Below the pieces are notes generated by a model that was not told where the DNA came from, searched no databases, and saw only the letters and a program-made list of their open reading frames with translations. A DNA stretch of 64,000 nt, taken from contig CAWIIB010000009.1 of NCBI GenBank assembly GCA_963836075.1, positions 3,296,001-3,360,000 of the forward strand. Reading direction: 5' to 3'. Position numbers and translations under genes: made by a program. How positions within the stretch are numbered: position 1 is the first letter of the stretch; each line of letters starts with the position of its first letter. The stretch comes from an uncultured Acidobacteriota bacterium. Its GTDB lineage: Bacteria; Acidobacteriota; JAQAZP01. Below are positions 45,202-53,119 of the stretch, one piece after another.

Positions 45202-45266
45202 TCAGTTGCTGTTTTTCCACTCGATCTACAACGGGATCAGATTGTTACGGATCGCGAAGGAGGACC

Positions 45267-46547
45267 ATGACGCTCAAGTCATTTCTCGGCCTGGTGGATG
45301 AACGTTCCCTGCTGACAAGGGTCTCCCGGCCGGTGGATGTGCGTTACGAGCTGGCCGCGGTGGCCGGCCGTCTGGGTGAGAAACCGGTTCTGTTCAGCCA
45401 GGTAAAAGGCCATGACATGCCGGTGGCGGCCAATGTCTGTGCCAGCCGGGAACTGGTCTGTCTGGGCCTGGGTGTCTCCGCCGGCAACCTGGTGCCGCGG
45501 ATGATCGAGGCCATCGACCACCCCCGGGAGCCGGAGGTGGTGCAGGCCGAGGGATACGAGGAGCGTGCGGCAGACCTCTCGGCGCTGCCGATCCTGACCT
45601 ACTACCCGCGGGACGGGGGCCCCTATATCGCCTCCGGCATCATTTTCTGCCAGGACCGGGAACTGGGTCTCAACGCCTCCTACCACCGGGCCATGGTCAT
45701 CGGCGAGGACCGGCTGGCGCTGCGGATCCTGCCCCGCCACCTGCACCAGTACATGGAGCGGGGCCTCACCGAGTTCGCCTTCTGCATCGGCAACACCATC
45801 CCGGTGCTGGTGGGTGCGGCCATGTCGGTGGAACTGGACAAGAGTGAGCTGGCCATTGCCAACGCCCTGCAGCACACGGAGGCGGTGAAACTGGAGGGCC
45901 ATCTGATCCCGCAGAGCGAGCTGGTGCTGATCTGCGAGTTCACCGGTGAGCAGGCTGACGAGGGGCCGTTCCTCGACCTCACCGAGACCTTTGACATCGT
46001 GCGCAAGCAGCCGGTGGCCCGGGTGAAAAAGGTGTTCGCCCGGCCCGATTCGGTCTATCATGCCCTGCTCCCCGGCGGTCCGGAGCACAAGATCCTGATG
46101 GGCATGCCGCGGGAGCCGACCATTTTCAGGGAGGTGTCCCGGTATTGTGACTGCCTGGATGTCCGGATCACGCCTGGTGGCTGCTCCTGGCTCCACGCCG
46201 CGGTGAAAATCCGCAAGCAGGACGGTCTTGACGGCAGGCGGGCCATCGAGGCCGCCTTTGCCGGGCACAGTTCCATGAAGCATGTCTTCGTGGTGGACGA
46301 GGACATTGACATCGACGATCCGCATGCTCTGGAGTGGGCTCTGGCCACCCGTTTCCAGGGGGACCGGGACCTGGTGGTGCGGCCCGGGGAAAAGGGCTCC
46401 TCGCTGGACCCGTCGGCCGATCCGGAGACCCGGGAGACCACCAAACTCGGTTTTGACCTGACCATCCCCGCCGGGGGGGCGCCGGAGAAGTTCCTGCGTC
46501 CCGAGCCCCCGGTGAAAGTGGACCTCGAGGACTACCTGGAGAACTGA
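45267..46547 (+). CDS. UbiD-family prFMN-dependent decarboxylase, putative trans-anhydromevalonate 5-phosphate decarboxylase
   Basis: DGGPYI, NASYHR, EGPFLD, VVDEDID and GSSLDPS motifs; short 426-aa form; specific function inferred from operon context. Confidence 0.85.
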   Translation: MTLKSFLGLVDERSLLTRVSRPVDVRYELAAVAGRLGEKPVLFSQVKGHDMPVAANVCASRELVCLGLGVSAGNLVPRMIEAIDHPREPEVVQAEGYEERAADLSALPILTYYPRDGGPYIASGIIFCQDRELGLNASYHRAMVIGEDRLALRILPRHLHQYMERGLTEFAFCIGNTIPVLVGAAMSVELDKSELAIANALQHTEAVKLEGHLIPQSELVLICEFTGEQADEGPFLDLTETFDIVRKQPVARVKKVFARPDSVYHALLPGGPEHKILMGMPREPTIFREVSRYCDCLDVRITPGGCSWLHAAVKIRKQDGLDGRRAIEAAFAGHSSMKHVFVVDEDIDIDDPHALEWALATRFQGDRDLVVRPGEKGSSLDPSADPETRETTKLGFDLTIPAGGAPEKFLRPEPPVKVDLEDYLEN

Positions 46548-46554
46548 CCGAACC

Positions 46555-47742
46555 ATGGAACTGAGCAGGGAACAGCAGCGGCTGCTGGACGGCGAGCAGG
46601 GAGAGGTGACCTCCCGCCTGATGCGCCTGCTGGTCAGCCTGGGTGAGATCTTCGGGGCCCGGCGGATGGTGGATGTGGGCTCGACCCAGGTGTCCGGCGT
46701 GTCGTACAAATCGATCGGCGAGCCGGGGCTGGAGTTCCTTGAGGACCTGGCCCGGGAGGGCGTGCAGGTGAGAGTGCCCACCAGCCTCAACCCGGCCGGC
46801 ATGGACCTCCAGGGCTGGCGGGAACTGGGTATCCCCGAAGCCTTTGCCGTGAAACAGCAGCGGATCATGGCCGCCTTTGGCGCCATGGGGATCACCGCGC
46901 CGCCCACCTGCACCCCCTACCTCATCGGCAGCGTCCCCCAACCCGGCGAGCACGTGGCCTGGGCCGAGAGCTCGGCGGTGATCTTTGTCAACTCGGTGCT
47001 GGGGGCGCGGACCAACCGCGAGGGCGGCCCGTCGGCCCTGGCCGCGGCGGTCTGCGGCTGCACCCCCTGCTACGGCCTGCACCTCGACGAAAACCGGCGG
47101 CCCACGGTGCTGGTGGAGGTGGACGCCCGTCTCGAATCCAACGCCGACTACGGCGCCCTGGGCTACTGCCTGGGCCGCAAGGTGCGCGGGGCCATCCCCT
47201 TCATCACCGGGATCGAAGCGGCCGGCAGGGACAACCTCAAGTCGTTCGGCGCGGCCATGGCGGCCAGCGGAGCGGTGGCCCTGTACCACGCTCGGGGGGT
47301 GACTCCCGAGGCGCCGGAGATGCCCACCGCCGGCCTGGAGCGGATCAAGGTGGGGCAGGGCGAGCTGGACACGCTGGCCGCCGGTCTCGATGCCGGGGAG
47401 ACCCCCGACCTGGTGGTCACCGGCTGTCCCCACGCCTCGCTGGAGGAGGTGGCCGCGGTGGCCGGGCAGGTCCGCGGACGGACGCTCCGTGTGCCGGTCT
47501 GGGTCTGCACCTCCCGGGTGATCAAGGAGCGGGCGGAGAGCGAGGGCTACCTGGCCCGGATCGAGGCCGCCGGCGGACGTATCGTGGCCGACACCTGTAT
47601 GGTGGTCTCACCGCTGGAGGAGCTGGACTACGGGGTCACCTCGGTGGACTCGGGCAAGGCAGCCAACTACCTCCCCGGGTTCTGCCGGCAGAAGGTGAAC
47701 TTCCGCGACCTTCACGACATCATCGAGGAGGTGCTGGAATGA
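46555..47742 (+). CDS. Aconitase X catalytic subunit (DUF521), putative phosphomevalonate dehydratase large subunit
   Basis: SGVSY, LNPAGMD, TCTPY, WAESSA, GARTNREGG, GCPH and DTC motifs (three Cys candidates as Fe-S ligands). Confidence 0.88.
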   Translation: MELSREQQRLLDGEQGEVTSRLMRLLVSLGEIFGARRMVDVGSTQVSGVSYKSIGEPGLEFLEDLAREGVQVRVPTSLNPAGMDLQGWRELGIPEAFAVKQQRIMAAFGAMGITAPPTCTPYLIGSVPQPGEHVAWAESSAVIFVNSVLGARTNREGGPSALAAAVCGCTPCYGLHLDENRRPTVLVEVDARLESNADYGALGYCLGRKVRGAIPFITGIEAAGRDNLKSFGAAMAASGAVALYHARGVTPEAPEMPTAGLERIKVGQGELDTLAAGLDAGETPDLVVTGCPHASLEEVAAVAGQVRGRTLRVPVWVCTSRVIKERAESEGYLARIEAAGGRIVADTCMVVSPLEELDYGVTSVDSGKAANYLPGFCRQKVNFRDLHDIIEEVLE

Positions 47743-48122
47743 AGGGCCGGACCATCATGACCGGCAGGGCTGAAGGCCGGGCGCTGGTTTCGCGGACGCC
47801 GATCAGTTTCTACGGCGGGGTTGACGCCAAAACCGGGATGATCATCGAGCAGGGGCACGAACTGGAGGGGCAGTGTCTCAGCGGCACGATCCTCGTCTTC
47901 CCCTGCGGCAAGGGCTCCACCGTGGGCTCCTACGTGATCTACGGCCTGCAGAAGAACGGCGTGGCCCCGCTGGCCATCGTCAACGAGGAGACGGAGACCA
48001 TCATCGCCACCGGCGCCATCCTCGCCGGGATTCCCTGTGTGGACGGGGTCGACATCAGCGGCATCAGCAGCGGCGACAGACTGCGGGTGGACGGCGCCGC
48101 CGGCCTGGTGGAAAAGGACTGA
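47739..48122 (+). CDS. Aconitase X swivel subunit (DUF126), putative phosphomevalonate dehydratase small subunit
   Basis: ISFYGGVD and GKGSTVGSY motifs; ATGA overlap with the large subunit. Confidence 0.88.
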   Translation: MKGRTIMTGRAEGRALVSRTPISFYGGVDAKTGMIIEQGHELEGQCLSGTILVFPCGKGSTVGSYVIYGLQKNGVAPLAIVNEETETIIATGAILAGIPCVDGVDISGISSGDRLRVDGAAGLVEKD

Positions 48123-48129
48123 ACCGGAG

Positions 48130-48912
48130 ATGGGACAGCAACTGGTTTTCGTCAAGCTGGGCGGGTCGCTGATCACCGACAAGACGAAGCCGTACACCGC
48201 CAGGCCTGAAGTGATCGCCCGGGCGGCGTCCGAGATTCACCGGGCGCGGAACAAGGCCGGTCTGGCCCTGCTGGTGGGCCACGGCGGCGGCAGCTTCCCC
48301 CATGTCAGCGCCGCAAAGTACCGGATTCACAAGGGAGCCTCCGATGCCCGGGGCTGGGAGGGTTTTGCCAGGGTGCAGGCCGATGCGGCGCGACTGAACC
48401 GCATGGTTGTTTCGGCGCTGCTGGAAGCCGGGGAACCGGCCATCTCCGTCCAGCCTTCGGCGGCCTGCCTGGCCCGGGACCGCCGTCTGGAGCGCTGGGA
48501 TGGCCAGGCGCTGGAGCAGTGCCTGGCCCGGGGCCTGGTGCCGGTACCTTACGGCGATGTCTGTTTTGACGAGGCCCGGGGCTGCTGCATCCTCTCCACC
48601 GAGGAGATCTTCCGCTTTCTCGCTCCGCGGCTCCGACCTGCGCGGATCATCATGGCCGGCAAGACCGACGGCGTGCTGGACGAGGAGGGGAACACCGTCC
48701 CCGAGCTCACCCCCGCGGACCTCGGTCGAATGAAGAGTGCACTCTCCGCCTCGGACGGCGTGGCCGACGTCACCGGCGGCATGGTGCACAAGGTGGAGAG
48801 GGCCCTGGAGACCGGTGTGGCCACCCTGATCATCAACGGCCTGCGGCCCGGGGAACTGGAGAAGGCCCTCCTCGGCCGCCCGGTGGCCGGCACGCTGGTC
48901 ACCCGCGGCTGA
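48130..48912 (+). CDS. ipk: Isopentenyl phosphate kinase (amino acid kinase family)
   Basis: KLGGSLITDK, HGGGSFPH (contains the IPK-type His), GDV and DVTGGM motifs. Confidence 0.88.
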   Translation: MGQQLVFVKLGGSLITDKTKPYTARPEVIARAASEIHRARNKAGLALLVGHGGGSFPHVSAAKYRIHKGASDARGWEGFARVQADAARLNRMVVSALLEAGEPAISVQPSAACLARDRRLERWDGQALEQCLARGLVPVPYGDVCFDEARGCCILSTEEIFRFLAPRLRPARIIMAGKTDGVLDEEGNTVPELTPADLGRMKSALSASDGVADVTGGMVHKVERALETGVATLIINGLRPGELEKALLGRPVAGTLVTRG

Positions 48913-48922
48913 CAGCGCAGGA

Positions 48923-49990
48923 TCACTGCGGCCGCAACTCCTCGATGACCGACGCGTCCACCCAGTAGACGTCCGAGTTTCCGTTGCGCGGCTGGCCGTG
49001 ACTCTGCAGGAACTCCTTGTAGCTCCGGCCGCCGTCCGTGGAGTCCTTTTCCGTCCCCCGGTTGGAGGCGAAGAAGAGATACCTGCCGTCGGGGGACAGG
49101 CTGGCCGAAACCACCCGGTTCCCCGGGGTGTTGAACTTCTCACCCATGTTCAGCGGACCGGTCCAGCTGTCGTCCTCGGCGCGGAACGAGATGTAGTAGT
49201 CGGCCAGCCCGATGGCGTCCTCCCGGCCGGCCATGCCGTAGATGAGGAAACGCTCGTCCGGATCGATGAAGGCGTTGAACTGGGTGTCTCCGGCGTTCAC
49301 TTCGGCCGGCAGGGCCACCGCCGCCAGATACGCCCCGTCCACCATCCTGGAGCGGAAGATCAGGTTCCGCGTCTTCCCCTCTTCTTCCACATCGCGGGTG
49401 AAGTAGATATTTCCCTCCCTGGTGGTGGAGGGGAAGAACTCCGCCGCCTCGCTGTTCACCGGCGGTCCGAGGTTGTAGGGTTCGCTCCAGCCGTCGGCGG
49501 TGCGGTCCATGGCCCAGATGTCCTGGTCGTGCCACCCGGGTGTCGGTTCGGTGCCGTCTCCGGGCCGGGTGGAGAGGAAGAGAAACCGTGAGCCGTCCGG
49601 TGTGATGTGCGGTTCGAGGTCGTAGATCGCCGGGTGGCTGGAAAAGCCGGCGATCTCCGGCTCGGTCCACCTGCCGTCCACCTGGCGGCTGACCACCAGC
49701 GCCACCTGGTTGCGGGCCATCAGGCCGAAGTAGAGCTCCTTGCCGTCCGGAGTGATGACCACGTCCCGTTCGTAGAGACCGGTGGAGAGGATCCCCGGGG
49801 CAAAGAGCTGCGGTTCCAGGCCCGGGGGCTCCTGCCCCAGGTAGTCCCCCTCCAGAACGGGGAAGGCCGTGGGACAGCATGCGCTGTCCGCGTTGACGGC
49901 GTCCTCCGAGGCCGGGGGTGAACCGCAGTGCCATGCTGAAAGCCCGAGCACCAGGATCAGGGAAACAGTGCGGTAAATCCGTGCATTCAT
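48923..49990 (-). CDS. PD40/WD40-like beta-propeller lipoprotein
   Basis: Lipobox-like AWHC; TPDGKELYF, WSEPYNLGPPVNS and SPDGRYLFFAS repeats. Confidence 0.82.
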   Translation of the reverse strand: MNARIYRTVSLILVLGLSAWHCGSPPASEDAVNADSACCPTAFPVLEGDYLGQEPPGLEPQLFAPGILSTGLYERDVVITPDGKELYFGLMARNQVALVVSRQVDGRWTEPEIAGFSSHPAIYDLEPHITPDGSRFLFLSTRPGDGTEPTPGWHDQDIWAMDRTADGWSEPYNLGPPVNSEAAEFFPSTTREGNIYFTRDVEEEGKTRNLIFRSRMVDGAYLAAVALPAEVNAGDTQFNAFIDPDERFLIYGMAGREDAIGLADYYISFRAEDDSWTGPLNMGEKFNTPGNRVVSASLSPDGRYLFFASNRGTEKDSTDGGRSYKEFLQSHGQPRNGNSDVYWVDASVIEELRPQ

Positions 49991-50103
49991 GATGACCTCT
50001 AAGCGTTGTGGAGATCGTTGCTGATGGACAAACGCGTACGGCCCCGCGCCGCACGTTTCTTGCTAGCAACTATACAACGGGTTGGCCGGGCGTGCCCTTT
50101 TTG

Positions 50104-51003
50104 TCAGCCGATAAAGATGCCGATGGCCATCAGAATCGGCGTGGCAATCACAATGATCACGTTGCGGCCCAGGAAGGGCACCAGCTCGGGTATGGATGTG
50201 GCGTACCTGGCCGCGCCTCGAGCCGTTGGGATGGCGAGGAGCAGTGTGCCCAGACCCAGCAGGGCGAAGGGTGGAAGTTGCCGGAGGACCACACCGAGGA
50301 CGATGGAGAGATAGGCCAGGGCGAGGAACGTGATGTAGACCCGGACCGCGGCCGGGACGCCCCAGGCGATGGGCAGGTGGTGCCGGCCCACTTCACGATC
50401 GGCATCTACATCGGGGAACTGGTTGATCAGCAACAGGTTGCTGACCAGGAAAAAGGGGACCAGCGAGGCGATGAATGAGGGCCAGTTGTAAGTCCCGGTG
50501 AGGGCGAAGTGTGTGCCCATCACCATCAGCGGCCCGAAGCCGAGACCCGGGGCGATGAGGCAGATCAGGGGGCTGCGGGTGATCCAGCGGGTGTAGAGGA
50601 CGATGACCAGCAGGCCCAGCAGACCGAGGGGAATGATCCCCCAGCCGCGGAGGATGGTGAAATAGACGCCCACCGATACGGTGAACAAAGCCGAGGCCAC
50701 CCCGGTGAGCAGGGCCACGTGGGCCTGCCCCGGGTTGCCGGGCAGGGCGCCGCTGCCGCCGCTGAACGGCGTGCGCTCGGTCTTCATGTCGAGGCCGGTG
50801 CGAAAGTCGTCGAACTCGTTCAGGGCGTTTACGCTGATGTGTGCCGCCACGGCACCGGCGAGGGCCATAATCACCGGCAGCGGTGAGATGGAGGCGCCGC
50901 TCCAGACCGCGGTGGCCACGCCCGCCAGCACGCAGGCCGGGGTGAGGATCAGAAAAGGCAGGCGCATCGGCCCGAACAGGGGGCTGGGAGCGGCGTCGGT
51001 CAT
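50104..51003 (-). CDS. UbiA/MenA family prenyltransferase
   Basis: NALNEFDDFRTGLD, FSGGS and NQFPDVDAD motifs; multi-TM. Confidence 0.88.
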   Translation of the reverse strand: MTDAAPSPLFGPMRLPFLILTPACVLAGVATAVWSGASISPLPVIMALAGAVAAHISVNALNEFDDFRTGLDMKTERTPFSGGSGALPGNPGQAHVALLTGVASALFTVSVGVYFTILRGWGIIPLGLLGLLVIVLYTRWITRSPLICLIAPGLGFGPLMVMGTHFALTGTYNWPSFIASLVPFFLVSNLLLINQFPDVDADREVGRHHLPIAWGVPAAVRVYITFLALAYLSIVLGVVLRQLPPFALLGLGTLLLAIPTARGAARYATSIPELVPFLGRNVIIVIATPILMAIGIFIG

Positions 51004-51080
51004 CGGCGGCCTCCGGATTGATGTATCAAACGTATCTTTCGTTCGCCACGTCAGATGATAACAAAAATGGTGACCGTCAC

Positions 51081-51551
51081 CTATTTCCTCAGCATGTCAC
51101 CGGTGGCGAGGAAGTGGTTCAGCGCCTTCTCGTCTACAGCCACCATGGCGGCGAAGGCGTCCCGGGAAACACCGGCCAGCTCTCCGCCGTCGATGGCGGT
51201 GACCACCTGGCGCCACCGGGCTGTGGTGCCGCCGGAGCCGTCGTCCTCCAGCCGGATGGTGTAGCGGATGACCCGGCGGCGGTTCATCCGGACGAATTCG
51301 ATCTCGACCGGCGGCTGGTGACGGCTGATCAACCAGATGTCCCGCTCGCCGCTCTGCGGGTCGGTGGTGGCGAACAGGCAGTCCTGCTCCGCCAGCCCGG
51401 ACCGGGTGTGAATCATGCCGCACACCCAGCCCTCCAGCCACTCGCCCTCCCGCACCGGGCAGAGCAGGGGAAACACCACTGCCGGCGGGGCCGCGAGATT
51501 CTGCAGCGCTTCAAGTTCCACCCGGGCCGCTTTCACCGGTTCATACATCAC
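51081..51551 (-). CDS. Hypothetical protein, SRPBCC-like
   Basis: APPAVVFPLLCPVREGEWLEGW N-terminal motif; AGGAGAG upstream. Confidence 0.6.
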   Translation of the reverse strand: MMYEPVKAARVELEALQNLAAPPAVVFPLLCPVREGEWLEGWVCGMIHTRSGLAEQDCLFATTDPQSGERDIWLISRHQPPVEIEFVRMNRRRVIRYTIRLEDDGSGGTTARWRQVVTAIDGGELAGVSRDAFAAMVAVDEKALNHFLATGDMLRK

Positions 51552-51730
51552 TCTCCTCCTGACCTGTCTGATGGCTCCTCAAAGAGCCCCTCGATGCGGA
51601 TCTAACTCTATACAGGGATTGCCGTATCCGGATCAAGTCATTTGCCGGTGAACAGAAATGGAGTTGAGCCGTTCCATCTGCTGATGTACTGTTAGCGATT
51701 CCCGTGGGGGACCGTGGAGCGACCCGACCG

Positions 51731-53089
51731 ATGACCAGCCCCTTTGCCAGACCGCACAAGGATGACCTCCGGGCCATGCTGCGCCTGGCCCTGCCGGTGG
51801 TGATCAGCCAGTTGGGGATGATGCTGATGGGAGTGGTGGACACGGTGATGGTGGGCCACTACTCGGCCACCGATCTGGCCGCGGTGGCCCTGGGCAACCT
51901 CTACTTCGTCTCGGTCTACGCCTTCGGCCTCGGTGTGCTGATGTCCCTCGACCCGCTGGTTTCCCAGGCGGTGGGCAGCGGTGACCGCACAGCGGTGGTG
52001 CGGGCGGTGCAGCGGGGACTGCTGATCGCTTTCGGGCTCAGCGTTCCGCTCACCGCTGCCCTCTGGCCCGGGGAGCTGGTTTTCATTTTCCTCCGCCAGC
52101 CGGAGGAGATCATCCCTGTGGCCGCGTCCTACGCCCGGATCTGCATCCCCGGGCTGCTGCCGTTTCTCGCCTTTATCGTGCTCAAGCAGACCCTGCAGGC
52201 GATGCAGAAGGTGCGGCCGGTGGTGCTGGTGATCTTTGCCGCCAACCTGCTCAACGTTCTGCTCAACTGGCTGCTGATCTTTGGCGGGATGGGCCTGGAG
52301 CCCATGGGTGCGCTGGGTTCGGCCTGGGCCTCCACCGCCAGCCGCTGGTTTCTGGCCCTGAGCCTCTTTTTCCTGGCCCGGGACCAGCTGGGCCCCCTTC
52401 TCCGGCGTCTCGACCCGGTGGTGCTGCAGACCCGGCCGCTGTGGCGGATGTTTGTCCTCGGTGTGCCCATCGGGATCCAGCACTGCATCGAGTTCGGCGC
52501 CTTTGCTACCATCGCCCTCTTCATGGGCTGGATGGGGGCCGTGCCCCTGGCCGCTCACCAGGTGGCGCTCTACCTCGCCGCGCTGTCGTTCATGGTCCCG
52601 CTGGGGGTATCGGCGGCCGCCGCGGTTCACGTGGGCAACGCCATCGGCCGGAGAGACCAGGCCGGGGCCCGGAGAGCCGCTTCTGCCGCCCTGATCTGCG
52701 GCGGTGGCTTCATGGTCTTCACCGCGGTGATTTTCCTCACCATCCCCGGCCCGCTGGCTTCTGTCTTCACGAATTCAGGAGAGGTGGTTGCCGTGGCCCT
52801 GGTGCTGATCCCCATTGCCGGGTTCTTTCAGATTTTCGATGGGCTGCAGGTGGTGGCCGGCGGCATTCTCCGCGGCATGGGGGATACCCGCGCGCCGATG
52901 GTGCTCAATGTCCTCGGTTTCTGGCTTGCCGGCGTCCCGGTGAGCCTCTGGCTGGGTTTCAAGCTGAATATGGGCCCGCCCGGGCTGTGGTACGGCTTCG
53001 TGGCCGGCCTGGGGGCTGTGGCCGTTCTGTTGTTGATCCGGGTTTCCTCGAAGCTGAGGCAGCCGGTGGCCCGGCTGCTCATCGACTGA
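51731..53089 (+). CDS. MATE family efflux transporter (NorM-like)
   Basis: LALPVV, VDTVMVG, LAAHQV, FDGLQVV and GILRGMGDT motifs; about 12 TM helices. Confidence 0.93.
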   Translation: MTSPFARPHKDDLRAMLRLALPVVISQLGMMLMGVVDTVMVGHYSATDLAAVALGNLYFVSVYAFGLGVLMSLDPLVSQAVGSGDRTAVVRAVQRGLLIAFGLSVPLTAALWPGELVFIFLRQPEEIIPVAASYARICIPGLLPFLAFIVLKQTLQAMQKVRPVVLVIFAANLLNVLLNWLLIFGGMGLEPMGALGSAWASTASRWFLALSLFFLARDQLGPLLRRLDPVVLQTRPLWRMFVLGVPIGIQHCIEFGAFATIALFMGWMGAVPLAAHQVALYLAALSFMVPLGVSAAAAVHVGNAIGRRDQAGARRAASAALICGGGFMVFTAVIFLTIPGPLASVFTNSGEVVAVALVLIPIAGFFQIFDGLQVVAGGILRGMGDTRAPMVLNVLGFWLAGVPVSLWLGFKLNMGPPGLWYGFVAGLGAVAVLLLIRVSSKLRQPVARLLID

Positions 53090-53119
53090 CGCCACCCGGG
53101 TCATCTGTCCGGATTGCAA

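Noticed and set aside
45267-46547. Canonical ubiquinone UbiD or menaquinone-pathway decarboxylase
   Set aside because: The short form and direct coupling to AcnX subunits and IPK fit the mevalonate role better; not formally excluded without a tree
46555-48122. AcnX as cis-3-hydroxy-L-proline dehydratase
   Set aside because: No proline racemase or hydroxyproline catabolic genes nearby; the context is isoprenoid synthesis
48130-48912. Uridylate kinase or acetylglutamate kinase
   Set aside because: The HGGGSFxH His and DVTGGM motifs and the operon context indicate IPK
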